A stretch of DNA of 64,000 nt from an uncultured delta proteobacterium (GTDB lineage: Bacteria; Desulfobacterota; Binatia; UBA9968), in the NCBI GenBank assembly GCA_963728565.1, contig CAVSLC010000010.1, positions 64,001 to 128,000 of the forward strand, given 5' to 3'. The stretch's first letter is position 1; each line of letters starts with the position of its first letter. The position numbers and the translations under genes were made by a program. The notes below the pieces were generated by a model. It saw only the letters and a list, made by a program, of their open reading frames with translations. It was not told the origin of the DNA and did not search any database. Positions 1-10,739 of the stretch are shown here, piece after piece.

Positions 1-2
1 TC

Positions 3-1379
3 GGTCGAACCGTCCGCGAAATAAATCCTAGCATCGCCGGCGCGGTCGAAACAGTGTGCCGGGAATTGATAGTTACAGGAAAACCTCGTCTCAATGTTCA
101 GATGATAGGCGAGACTGGCGCGCAACCCGGTGTCAAGGGAACATGGCTAAACAGCTATTTCCCATTAAAGGATCTAAATGGCGAGTGTATCGGGGTCAAT
201 GTAGTGATTCAGGATCTCACCGATCAAAAACAACTGGAAGCGAGATTGCGCGAGGCTGACAAACGGAAGGACAAGTTTTTAGCCGTACTCGGGCATGAGT
301 GGCGCAATCCTTTAGGCGTCATCATCAATGCCTTTGAGATGCTGCCCGTTTCGGATACACCGGAAGCGCGAGAAATCAGGGCTATCATCAAGCGGCAGAT
401 CACTCGCATGACACATCTTACTAACGACCTGCTCGACGTTTCGCGGATCTCAGCCGGGCAGATTGAAATTGATAAACAGTCCTGCGATTTCGCGGCGATT
501 GTGCGCGAAGCAGCGGAGGACTATCGAGGGATCCTAGGCTCCGTCGGCATCCGCCTCGCGCTGCAGCTGCCGCAGGATCCTGTCTGGGTCCTAGGGGATT
601 GCAGACGTTTGGGACAGGCGGTTGGAAATCTCTTGCACAATAGCCAGAAGTTCACGCCACCGGGACGGCACGGTGACCATGACCCTAGCCATCGTTCCGA
701 ATCAAGAAACAGCTGTTCTCAAGGTTCGTGATACCGGGATCGGCATGGATGAGAGCACGCTGACCCGATTGTTCGAGCCATTCAGCCAGGTATTGCGAAC
801 TTTCGATCGTAGCCGCGGCGGACTCGGCTTGGGTCTGACTTTAGTCAAGGCATTCATTGAAATGCACGGTGGGACGGTATCGGCGAGCAGTAAGGGACCT
901 GGAAAGGGTTCAGAGTTCATCGTTCGGTTGCCGGTCCAGAGGGATCCTACCGCGCCGCGCGATCCCAATCCTGAATCGAGCGCTTCTCAATCGAAGGATC
1001 CAATCTCATGCCGTGTTCTCATTATCGACGACAATCAGGTTGGAGCTCGAGCCATGCAATTGTTCCTTCAAGATGCTGGCCACCTGGTCGAGATAGCCCA
1101 TAACGGAGTCGAAGCGTTCGTGATCGCGAGAAACCTGAGACCCGATGTCGTGCTCTGCGACATTGCGCTACCCTGGATGGATGGCTACGCGATTGCGCGG
1201 ACGATCCGGCAAGACGCCCAGCTCAAAAATGTTTATCTGATCGCGATCTCGGGGTACGCACAGGACGAGGACCAGCAATTGGCGAAACAGGCCGGTTTTG
1301 ACGAATACTGCGTCAAGCCGGTTGATCTAAAATCCTCGACCGGATGATAAAGAATAGTCTGTGTGCTCGGCCGCGCTAG
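3..1379 (+). CDS. Hybrid sensor histidine kinase/response regulator (PAS-HisKA-HATPase-REC), 5'-truncated by the window, frameshifted
   Basis: Frame is open from the left edge (GRTVREINP, PAS-like). H-box GHEWRNPL, N-box NLLHNSQKFT, then +1 shift near 665 into VRDTGIGM, GGLGLGL and the REC domain (IIDD, DIALP, KP). Adding one A near 1330 would extend the C-terminus (ILDRMIKN) to TAG at 1379. Confidence 0.9.
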
Positions 1380-1391
1380 CGTGCGTGCAGT

Positions 1392-1655
1392 TCATCGCTC
1401 CTTCGAGTGCCAATTGTCTTCCGAGTGTAGCTTCAAGTTCAGGGGCGAGCTTGCGGGACTTTTGAGGTTGCTCGTTTTCTTTGCGGCCTCGACTTGATAG
1501 CGCGCGAACATCAAAAACTGCTTGGCGTTGCCGTTTCGGTGATTGGCCTCATGCTTGTCGATTTTTCCTTCTCTAAGAAGCCGGTTGGTTTCTCTTCTAA
1601 GCCTGATGTATTCTCTGGTGTAGTCGCTGAAAGTTTCTCGCAACTCCCTGCTCAT
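1392..1655 (-). CDS. Small basic hypothetical protein
   Basis: MSRELRETFSDYTREYIRLRRE..., preceded by GGAAGG; helical-looking sequence; no recognised family. Confidence 0.5.
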   Translation of the reverse strand: MSRELRETFSDYTREYIRLRRETNRLLREGKIDKHEANHRNGNAKQFLMFARYQVEAAKKTSNLKSPASSPLNLKLHSEDNWHSKER

Positions 1656-2033
1656 TATCATCCTTCCATGTGCTCTGAGATCATTGCCCGCGCCGTCAAC
1701 GGATTGGTGTACCACGACGAATCAAAGAAGCGCAGCAAAAAGCTTGCATTCCTTTGATCTGATTCGTCGATTAGGAATTTATACGAGTCTAAATAGGCTT
1801 CGTTATCTGAGTCATACTTCCAACCGGTTGCGCAGTCAAGCGCAATTCCCGTCCAGATGCGGCGTTCCGCGATGCGTCATCTCGCAGTGAAATTGGCGAC
1901 TTTCCAAACTACATGCCGGTTGGTTTCACGAGCATACCTATAAGTTGCTTGGTCCTGACGAGCCATGTAGTCGGAGTACCAAAGTCGGCGACCCTTATTG
2001 CCACCGTGGGTTTTATTGTATACAGCAGAAGTG

Positions 2034-2399
2034 ATGCCCGCGACTATTCTCCTCGTCGAAGACAACCCTTTGGCCCGCCGGAATATGATGCTTTTTTTCA
2101 AGATCCACGGTTACGACGTTGTTGAAGCGCAACGCGGAGAAGAAGCTCTCAAATTGATTCGGGACGTTGACAACTTTGATGTCGTGATTACCGATTTGCG
2201 AATGCCGGGAATGGTCGATGGGCTGGAGGTTCTTCGGGTTCAAAACGAAGTATCTCCACGCTCGAAAACTATTCTGGTAACGGCATATGGTTCTAACCAG
2301 ATAAAATTCCAAGCCGCTGCGCTAGGCGCCATGTATCTTGACAAGCCGGTTCAGCTCGATGACCTGCTGGTGCATGTCCGGCAGCTGACGTCTCCATGA
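2034..2399 (+). CDS. Single-domain response regulator (CheY-like receiver)
   Basis: ILLVEDN, VITDLRMP (phospho-acceptor Asp), VTAY and DKP motifs. Confidence 0.92.
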   Translation: MPATILLVEDNPLARRNMMLFFKIHGYDVVEAQRGEEALKLIRDVDNFDVVITDLRMPGMVDGLEVLRVQNEVSPRSKTILVTAYGSNQIKFQAAALGAMYLDKPVQLDDLLVHVRQLTSP

Positions 2400-2495
2400 T
2401 GGAAGGACACCATGAGACTCGATGAGATTGGATACTCCTCTTGAAGCCGGGAAAAGGAACGACTTAGGTCTCCCCGTTGAGATAATCCGCCCTAC

Positions 2496-2642
2496 TTACC
2501 CATTGGTGAAAGCTCGCTCAATCTGACCGATCAATTCACTAATTTCCTGATACTCGCCGTCCTTGAGATCTCCGTCTTCCTTCTGTTTTTGTGCTTCTCG
2601 ACGCAGCTGATCCAGCAGCAGCGTTACGGTAGAATTTTTCAT
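2496..2642 (-). CDS. 48-aa small helical protein (below the ORF-track cutoff)
   Basis: Hand translation gives MKNSTVTLLLDQLRREAQKQKEDGDLKDGEYQEISELIGQIERAFTNG*, with AAGGA 10 nt upstream of the ATG. Confidence 0.55.
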   Translation of the reverse strand: MKNSTVTLLLDQLRREAQKQKEDGDLKDGEYQEISELIGQIERAFTNG

Positions 2643-3051
2643 TGATTATAAATCCTTTCTTTTGGAGATGGTTGTACCATGGAGAGCGGGTTTTTTTTAA
2701 GCGAGCTCTCCACCTTCATCCATGCCCGCTGCACCGTCGGCCGATCTGAAACCGAATGCATACGTTGAGAGAGCCACGGATGGTTATTCCAACCGTAGGA
2801 CATTGAATGGGCGTATGTCACTCATTCGACACGCGTAATCGAAATTGTTTGGGATAACTTTTGGAACGACATTTGCTGTGAAGCCCTACGCCCTCCTGCG
2901 ATAATCTGCATACAGGTAGCTCCTGTCGCTGAGCGGCATACACGTTTGACTTAATCGAGTTACGCGGGCCGCGAAGCGATCGGTCCTGGTTGGAATGCGC
3001 ACCCTGTCTGATGGGGTGCCGCAAAATCCAGCGCACAGGAATAGGAGAACT

Positions 3052-4396
3052 ATGTCTGAAAAGAACTTGGAACCTTTGATTTCCAACAGAGCCGTTGAAC
3101 CTCCCGCCTTGCGCACGAGCCAGATGCCGCCCAGCAGTGGCTCCGCCTATCTCTCCGGTGCGAATGGATCGTCATGCGGCGACAATGATTCCAGTCTAAA
3201 CGCTCGACAGTTGCCTAGATACCGCGAGGATTTCCCGATCGTCGCGCACTCCCACTTACGTTGGGATTTCGTCTGGCAGCGCCCGCAGCAGATACTCTCG
3301 CGGCTTGCTGCGCGTCATCCGATAACTTTCATGGAAGAGCCGATATGGCAGGGTAGCGAGCACCGGCTCGAGATCAGCGAGCCTTATCCCAATGTTGTGC
3401 GGCTGGTACCTGTTCTGCGCGTCGAGGAAAGAAATCACGAGAGCGATACTCAATATGCGGTCGTCTTACCATTGCTGCGCCGCGCGATCAGTGAGCATCC
3501 AGCTGCTCAGGGGGCGATTTGAATCTCCGATTCAGTGGTTTTATTCACCGATGGTCGCGCCGTACTTCCTCGACCGCTTCGATGCCAACGTTACGGTTTA
3601 TGACTGCATGGATGAACTTGCGCAGTTCCGCTACGCGCCGCCATCCCTGAGAGAGCGCGAGCAGTTGTTGTTTTCCAGAGCTGATGTTGTGTTTACCGGT
3701 GGTTATCAACTCTATCAATCGAAGTCCCGTCATCACAGCAATGTGCACTTTTACGGGTGCGGAGTCGATGCGGAGCATTTCAGTAAAGCACGGCAGCCGG
3801 AGACAGACGCGCCGGTGGAAGTTGCGAAATTGCCGCGGCCGATTTTTGGTTACTTTGGGGTGATCGATGAGCGGCTCGATTATGCTCTGCTGGCGCAGAT
3901 TGCACAGGAAATGCCGGATGCCTCCATCGTTATGGTGGGTCCGCTGGCGAAGGTCGAACAGGAGTCGTTGCCCCATCTTCCGAATATCCACTGGCTCGGG
4001 CAGCGCGCTTACACGGACCTGCCCGCGCTGGTTAAATCTTTTGACGTCTGCCTGATGCCGTTCGCTCTCAATGAGGCGACGCAGTACATCAATCCGACCA
4101 AGACACTGGAGTATATGGCAGCCGGCAAGCCCGTCGTCTCAACAGCTGTGCCTGACGTCTTGCATCACTTCACGCCGATCGTCGATGTCGCTCAAACGGC
4201 CGAGGAATTCATCGCAGCGATTCAGCGCGCCGCTCGGAGCCCCCGCGCCGAGTTAATCGAGCAGGGAATAGATCGCGCCAATCGTGCTTCGTGGGACAGC
4301 ATCGTCGGCGCCATGCGCGATCACATGCTCGACGTCGTGCGAGCCGATTGGCACGCCCAGTGTGGCAGAGCGCGTTTCCATAACGGCGATCAGTAA
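3052..4396 (+). CDS. GT-B glycosyltransferase (TuaH-like), frameshifted near 3500
   Basis: AGGAGA RBS; HSHLRWDFVWQRPQQ in frame 1, then YDCMDEL, GYFGVIDER and NPTKTLEYMAAGKPVVS in frame 2. Confidence 0.88.
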
Positions 4397-4506
4397 CTTT
4401 AATGGTTCGCGTTCCCGCATGTTGAGGCTCCCCTCAATTTCGCAGTGGTCTGTTCGATCATCGCCGGGGGCGCGGGGAGCTCAAGAAATATGAAAGGAAG
4501 AATTCA

Positions 4507-5676
4507 ATGAAATTGGACGTCTTAGTTGTCGGCGCCGGCTTCTCCGGATCGGTGGTCGCGGAAAGGCTCGCCGGGCGCGGCTTGGAGGTGCTGCTCATCG
4601 ACAAGCGGCCACACATCGGCGGTAATGCTTACGATACGCTAGACCGTCACGGCGTCTTGATGCATCCGTACGGACCGCACATTTTTCACACGAATGCTCC
4701 GCGAGTAGCGGAATATCTCTCGCTCTTTACCGACTGGAGACCTTACGAGCACCATGTGCTCGCCAAAGTCGGCGAACAGTTTGTGCCGATTCCGATCAAT
4801 ATCGATACCGTTAATCGAGTTTATGGGCTGAAGCTTACCGAAGAGACCATTCAGGCGTTTTATGATCGCGTACGCCAACCGCGCGCGCAGATCAGGACCA
4901 GCGAGGATGTCGTCATCAACGCGGTCGGGCAGGATCTTTACGAAAAATTCTTCCGCGGCTACACGCGCAAACAATGGGGTCTCGATCCTTCGGAGCTTTC
5001 TGCCTCCGTGGCCGCGCGGATTCCCACCCGCACCAATCATGACGATCGTTATTTTACCGACACTTTTCAGAAGATGCCGCTCGATGGATATACCAAGATG
5101 TTTAGACGGATGCTCGACCACCGCAGGATCCATGTCGAGGTGGGGGTTGATTTCTTCGCGATTCAAAAAAAACTTCGCCCAAGCCACATCGTCTTCACCG
5201 GTCCTCTGGATGCGTACTTCGGGTACTGCTATGGCAAGCTGCCGTATCGCTCGATTCGCTTCGAGCACGAACACCTGGCAAACACCTCTCGCTACCAGCC
5301 GGTGGGCACGGTCAACTTTCCCAACGATTACGATTTTACTCGGATCACAGAGTTCAAACATCTCACCGGACAACAGCATGCCGGGACGTCGATTGTCCGG
5401 GAGTACCCGCAGTCTGACGGCGACCCGTACTATCCGATTCCTCGTCCGGAGAACGAGGTGCTGCTCAAGAAATACCAGGCGCTTGCGGCGAAAGAGTCCA
5501 AAGTGACCTTTGTCGGCCGCCTTGGCCAGTATCGCTACTACAATATGGACCAATGCGTCGGCGCCGCGCTCAAGACGGCCGATGAGATCGCTAATGTCAT
5601 GGTGCCCCGAGCGGCTCTGAAGACGGCTGTGAAGCCAGCGGTGGCAGCGGCGCAACAGGCGCGGGCGGGTAGCTGA
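4507..5676 (+). CDS. glf: UDP-galactopyranose mutase
   Basis: VVGAGFSG FAD motif, HIGGNAYD, YGPHIFHT, GRLGQYRYYNMD signature. Confidence 0.97.
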   Translation: MKLDVLVVGAGFSGSVVAERLAGRGLEVLLIDKRPHIGGNAYDTLDRHGVLMHPYGPHIFHTNAPRVAEYLSLFTDWRPYEHHVLAKVGEQFVPIPINIDTVNRVYGLKLTEETIQAFYDRVRQPRAQIRTSEDVVINAVGQDLYEKFFRGYTRKQWGLDPSELSASVAARIPTRTNHDDRYFTDTFQKMPLDGYTKMFRRMLDHRRIHVEVGVDFFAIQKKLRPSHIVFTGPLDAYFGYCYGKLPYRSIRFEHEHLANTSRYQPVGTVNFPNDYDFTRITEFKHLTGQQHAGTSIVREYPQSDGDPYYPIPRPENEVLLKKYQALAAKESKVTFVGRLGQYRYYNMDQCVGAALKTADEIANVMVPRAALKTAVKPAVAAAQQARAGS

Positions 5677-6094
5677 TGAGAGAATATCAACTCTTTATGA
5701 TTCGAGCCGGCCGGCATTGCTTTATCCTGAGCGCCTCGGCAACTGATTGCTCAACTGGCAAGCCTAGCGGTTTAACGATCCGACTCGTTTGTTGCTGATC
5801 GCTGGCATTGCAAACCTCTTTGTCGAACGGAGGTTGCCCCAGCTCATCGCGGCGCCCGCCTATTCGTTTTGAAAACAAATAGCGCCTTCAAGCATTGTCA
5901 GCCCAGGCTCATTTGGGCCGGATGATGACCCTGCGGCCAGGTTGCAATCACGAAATAAAATTCAAACGGCACGTAAAAATCTATGGCGATGTTGATAGTG
6001 CCGGAAGTATAATAGCCCGTTTGCCATCGTTTGTTGTGCCGCCCAAACAGAGCATTGATCGTCGTTAACCAGCGCGCATCGGGAGAAAGTTTCT

Positions 6095-7324
6095 ATGGCT
6101 CTTTTGTTTTCTCCAAGTGGTGATGCTAACTCGGCTCTGCAAGACTCATCGCCGGGCCTCAATGGGAGCGCTGCCCCGAGCGCACAGCGCCAGGAGCCTA
6201 CCTCCAGGCTTTTCGATTCGTTCTGGATGGCTGGTTTTGAATCTTCATCACACATTACTCGAGAGGGCATCCGCCTGGACATGATCGACGCGACCCAACA
6301 CGATCGATTCGTGGCTGAAGACTATCGTCTGCTCCGGCGATTTGGATTTGGCACAATCCGCGATGCTGTGCGCTGGCATTTAATCGAGCGCGGCAGTGGT
6401 TACGATTTCTCTTCATTAGCGCCCATGGTAGAGGCCGCTCAAAAGGAATCTGTTCAGATAATTTGGGACATTTGTCATTACGGCTGGCCCGACGGGGTGG
6501 ATATCTTTTCGCCGGAGTTTGTCGATCGCTTTGAGCGATTTTGCGGTGCGATCGCTAGGTTCATGAAGCAATACAGCGCCCGCACCCCCTTCTATGCACC
6601 GATCAACGAGATTTCGTTTTTTGCTTGGGCCGCCGGCCAAGTAGGGTTCATGCATCCATGTCGGACGGGAGAAGGGGTGGCGCTCAAAGAGCAGTTAGTG
6701 CGCGCTGCAATTGCCGGCATCGAAGCAATCTGGGCAGTTGACAGCCGCGCTCGGATCACACAAATCGATCCCATCATGCACGTTGTCACTCCCCGCCAAC
6801 ATCCCGAACTAGCCACCGCAGCGGCCGCGCAACATGCCAGCCAGTTTGAGGCATGGGACATGCTGTCCGGATTCGTCAAGCCCGAACTTGGTGGCAATCC
6901 GCGTTATCTCGATATAATCGGAGTGAATTATTATCACGCCAACCAGTGGGAATATCCGGACGATCGGTTGCGCTGGGAAGATACACCAAGAGACCAGCGT
7001 TGGATTCCCTTCTCTAACTTGGTGGCGGACGTGTATCGGCGTTACAAGCGGCCGATGTTTGTTGCCGAGACAGGCCATTTCGGCGTCGGGCGCGCCGCTT
7101 GGGCCAGAGAAATTGTTGCTGAGGTTATGCTCGCTAGAGATTCCGGCGTCCCGTTGGAAGGAATATGCTTTTACCCGATCATCGATAGAACGGATTGGGA
7201 AGATCCCAGTCATTGGCATAATTGCGGTCTTTGGGATCTGCAGCGCAATTATGACGGTCGGTTGGAGCGGGTGATTTGCCCGGAGTTTGAGAGCGAGTTG
7301 TCACGTATCATGCACCGAGGATGA
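6095..7324 (+). CDS. GH1-like (clan A) beta-glycosidase
   Basis: FWMAGFESS, PINEIS acid/base, GVNYY and VAETG nucleophile; a family typically found next to glf. Confidence 0.85.
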   Translation: MALLFSPSGDANSALQDSSPGLNGSAAPSAQRQEPTSRLFDSFWMAGFESSSHITREGIRLDMIDATQHDRFVAEDYRLLRRFGFGTIRDAVRWHLIERGSGYDFSSLAPMVEAAQKESVQIIWDICHYGWPDGVDIFSPEFVDRFERFCGAIARFMKQYSARTPFYAPINEISFFAWAAGQVGFMHPCRTGEGVALKEQLVRAAIAGIEAIWAVDSRARITQIDPIMHVVTPRQHPELATAAAAQHASQFEAWDMLSGFVKPELGGNPRYLDIIGVNYYHANQWEYPDDRLRWEDTPRDQRWIPFSNLVADVYRRYKRPMFVAETGHFGVGRAAWAREIVAEVMLARDSGVPLEGICFYPIIDRTDWEDPSHWHNCGLWDLQRNYDGRLERVICPEFESELSRIMHRG

Positions 7325-7401
7325 TTCTGCCTCAGTGCCAGGAACGTCCAGGCCTTCGGATCTATAAGATCTACTGTTCAGATGTTTTGCTCACGGATGC
7401 C

Positions 7402-8457
7402 TTAATCAACTTCGAATCGGTAGACGGTAATTTCTCGATACGTCTCGCGAGGCCTTAACATCGTCGTTGGAAAACTGGGATGGTTCGGCGAGTCTGGAAA
7501 ATGCTGCGTTTCCAGGCACAAGCCGGAATGCCGCTGATAGCGCCGGCCCTGTTTGCCTCGAATGCCGCCATCCAAAAAGTTGCCGCTATAAACCTGGATG
7601 CCGGGCTGCGTGGTAAACACGCTAAGCGCTCGGCCGCTGATCGGCTCATGCAATTGCGCGGCGAGCGGGCAAGCGCCGGACTGTTCGGTTAGTACCCAGC
7701 AGTGATCGTAACCGCCGGCCAGTTGCAATTGCGCTTCATCCGAGCTGATGCCCGATCCGATCGCGCGCGCGTCGGTAAAATCGAAAGGGGTGCCGCGGAC
7801 GGAGCGTTGCTCGCCGAGCGGGATCAACTCCGCATCGACAGGCAGATAGCGCTTGGCAGCGAGGCGCAGCAGGTGATCATGAATCGTTCCAGCGCCGGCT
7901 AGGTTGAAATAGCTATGATGAGTCAGATTGATGACCGTTGTCTGATCCGTGCTGGCGCTATAGTCGAGGCGCAGCTCGTTCTGCGCCGTTAATGTGTAAG
8001 TCACTCTAACCGTTAAGTTGCCAGGATAGCCTTCCTCCCCGGCTCGGCTGAAATGGTTTAGAACGAGCTGCGGTCCGTCAGCTGTTTCGGCGGGTTCTGC
8101 GCCCCACAAGATTTTATCGAAGCCAATTCTTCCGCCGTGCAGGTGGTTGCGCCCGTCATTGGCCGAGAAACAGTAGGCCTTTTCATCAATGGTGAAGCGC
8201 GCGCCGGCGATTCGATTGGCGTACCGGCCGATCAAAGCTCCGAAGTAGGGATGCTGCGAGAGATAAGGCGCAAACTCGTCGAAGCCCAGAACTATGTCGG
8301 CCTGAACTCCGTTCCGATCTGGCGCCCGCAGTGAAACCAGAGTTCCGCCATAGTTCATGATCCTCGCTTCGACACCTTGCTCGTTGGCCAAGGTGTAAAG
8401 CTCGACATCGCGGCCATCCGGCATCTCACCGAAGACTTGTTGCTGGATTTTTGCCAT
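7402..8457 (-). CDS. galM: Aldose 1-epimerase (galactose mutarotase)
   Basis: GRYANRI, HLHGG, NLTHHSYFNL, GYDH and CLETQHFPD motifs; start at MAKIQQQ. Confidence 0.95.
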   Translation of the reverse strand: MAKIQQQVFGEMPDGRDVELYTLANEQGVEARIMNYGGTLVSLRAPDRNGVQADIVLGFDEFAPYLSQHPYFGALIGRYANRIAGARFTIDEKAYCFSANDGRNHLHGGRIGFDKILWGAEPAETADGPQLVLNHFSRAGEEGYPGNLTVRVTYTLTAQNELRLDYSASTDQTTVINLTHHSYFNLAGAGTIHDHLLRLAAKRYLPVDAELIPLGEQRSVRGTPFDFTDARAIGSGISSDEAQLQLAGGYDHCWVLTEQSGACPLAAQLHEPISGRALSVFTTQPGIQVYSGNFLDGGIRGKQGRRYQRHSGLCLETQHFPDSPNHPSFPTTMLRPRETYREITVYRFEVD

Positions 8458-8474
8458 TTGCTGTCGCTGTGCGT

Positions 8475-9453
8475 TTACACGCCCGCGATTTTTCTCTCCC
8501 AATTCCAGGCATGAGACACAATCGTCGAGAGATCCGGGTAAGCCGGTGTCCAACCAAGATGCCTGCGGGCCAGGTTGGCGTCTGCTACCAAACTTGCCGG
8601 GTCGCCGGCGCGTCTGGCGGCATGGATCACTGGCACCGGCTTCATCGTCACCTGACGTACCGTTTCGATCACTTGGCGCACCGAAAACCCGTTGCCGTTG
8701 CCGAGGTTGTAAGCGGCGCTGGGACCGCCGCTCATGAGATGTCTCAGCGCTAAGGAGTGAACCGCGGCTAAATCGAGAACATGAATATAATCTCGAATGC
8801 AGGTGCCATCCGGAGTGTCGTAATCGTCGCCAAAGATCTGCGCCGAATGACGACGCCCCGAGGCAACTTGCAACAGCAATGGGATGAGATGGGTCTCAGG
8901 GTCATGCGTTTCTCCGATGCGGGCTTCGGGATCGGCTCCGGCGGCGTTGAAGTAGCGCAGGCAAACCGACCTTAGCCCGTAGGGGCTGTCGTAGTCTTGC
9001 AGCACCTGTTCGACCATCCATTTGGAGCGGCCGTAGGGATTGATCGGCTGCTTCGGGTGCGCTTCGTCGATCGGAACATATTCCGGCTGGCCGAAGATCG
9101 CGGCGGTGGAAGAGAAAATGAAGTTTTTTAACCTGATGGCGAATCATGGCATCGAGCAGATTGATCGTATGGGTCACGTTGTTACGATAGTACTTGGCCG
9201 GATGCTGAACTGATTCTCCGACTTGAATAAACGATGCGAAGTGCATGACACCATCGAAGTTCTCGTCAGCAAACAAGCGATCGAGCAAACCGGTGTCCTC
9301 GACGCTGCCTTGCACCAGCCTGGCAGACAATACCGCATCGGCATGGCCGGAAGATAGGTCGTCAAGGACGATCACCTGAGCGCCCTGCTGGCCCAACAGC
9401 AATGCCATGTGCGAGCCGATATATCCCGCGCCACCGACAACGAGTACTTTCAT
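8475..9453 (-). CDS. galE: UDP-glucose 4-epimerase, frameshifted in the T-run near 9125
   Basis: GGAGYIGSH and HFASFIQVGES, then FSSTAA, PYGRSK, LRYFNAAG and DGTCIRDYIHV after the shift. Confidence 0.95.
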
Positions 9454-9548
9454 GTTTGTTCCTTGATATCCTTAGAAATATTACGACGTCTGGATTTGCA
9501 GCTTGCGCCAGTTTTCTCAGGATCCGTCGCTTTGAGGACGAGGATTTA

Positions 9549-9620
9549 CTCGCGCAAAGTCCCCAAGACGAGAAGTTCGGAATCGGTTTTCTTACTTTGG
9601 CGCCTGTGCGTCTCGGCGGG
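9549..9620. repeat. Degenerate REP-like intergenic palindrome between galK and galE
   Basis: Left arm CTCGCGCAAAGTCCCCAAGACGAGAAG and right arm CTTTGGCGCCTGTGCGTCTCGGCGGG pair imperfectly. Confidence 0.35.
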
Positions 9621-9642
9621 GAAGCAGCCTGGCGGCATAAGA

Positions 9643-10726
9643 TCAAACGCGAGTGTCGCCGGATGGCGCTACCAAGATCCGACCGCGCTGACCCGCAGTG
9701 TTGTACGCGCCCAGGACTCTTTCAGCTATCGCGAGAGTTTCACCTTCGACACACAGCGCCACGCAAGCGCCGCCAAAGCCCGCCCCTGTCAGCCTGGCGC
9801 CGTGCACCGCAGACTGACTCTGCAGGAGCTCGACCAGTTGATCGAGTTGGGCGATGGAGACTTCGTAGTCGTCGCGCAAGCTCCGATGCGAGGCGTTCAT
9901 CAACTGGCCAAATGCCGCGGCATCGATCATTTCCGCCGCGCGCAGCACCCGATCGTTTTCGCTGACTACGTGGCGCACTCGGCGGCGCAAGGGCTGTGGA
10001 AGCTCTTCGATTGCCGCAGTGTCGGTTACGTCGCGCAGAGCCCTGACGCCGAGCAATTGCGCCGCTTGCTCGCACTCGGCTCGGCGTTCATTGTATTTGC
10101 TCGCGGCCAGCGAGCGGGCGACCCCCGAGTCGATCACAAGAATTTCGGCGCGTGCCGGCAGTGGCAAAACCCGGCGCTGCAGTGTTCGAGTGTCGAGAAA
10201 CAACATGCTGCGGGTATCGGCAAGGCTTGATGCCATCTGGTCCATAATGCCGCAGTTGACATTGGCGTACCGGACCTCGGCTCGTTGCGCCAATTGCGCG
10301 ATAGCAACGTCATCCAATGGTAACTTAAAGAGCTGGCGCAATGCCCGCAAGCTGGCGACTTCGAGCGCGGCGCTTGACGACAAACCGACGCCGATGGGAA
10401 TCGACGATGAAATGTGAATGTCTAAAGGCGGCGCCTCGAAAATATGATCCCGGAGCTCGCGCAGGCAGCCATAAACATAGCTTGCAAAATGCTCATGTGG
10501 CGCTGACTCCATGGTGAATTCGGCGGCTTGCGCGAGCTCGGCGGCGTAAAGCGAAAACCGCTTGCCGGCATTTTCCCGCATCGACACGCAGGTGGTCTGC
10601 GCAATCGCCGTTGGCAATACGTAGCCGTCATTGTAGTCGGTGTGCTCGCCCAGAAGATTGACCCGGCCGGGCGCCTGTGCGCTCACCGCCGGCGGGTTTC
10701 CCGAATACCTCGGCAAACGTCTTCAT
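9643..10726 (-). CDS. galK: Galactokinase, frameshifted near the N-terminus (~10698)
   Basis: MKTFAEVFG then [30 protein letters not shown] and [11 protein letters not shown]. Confidence 0.95.
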
Positions 10727-10739
10727 CGCTAATCTAACA

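Noticed and set aside
2934-5985. Sigma-54-like half sites at 2934 (CGGCATACACGTTTGA) and about 5967 (CGGCACGTAAAAATCT)
   Set aside because: Good -24 element but no GC at -12; not counted.
9120-9132. Programmed ribosomal frameshifting or phase variation at homopolymers (galE T-run and others)
   Set aside because: The shifts hit unrelated genes in both directions with no shared slippery motif; sequencing error is simpler.
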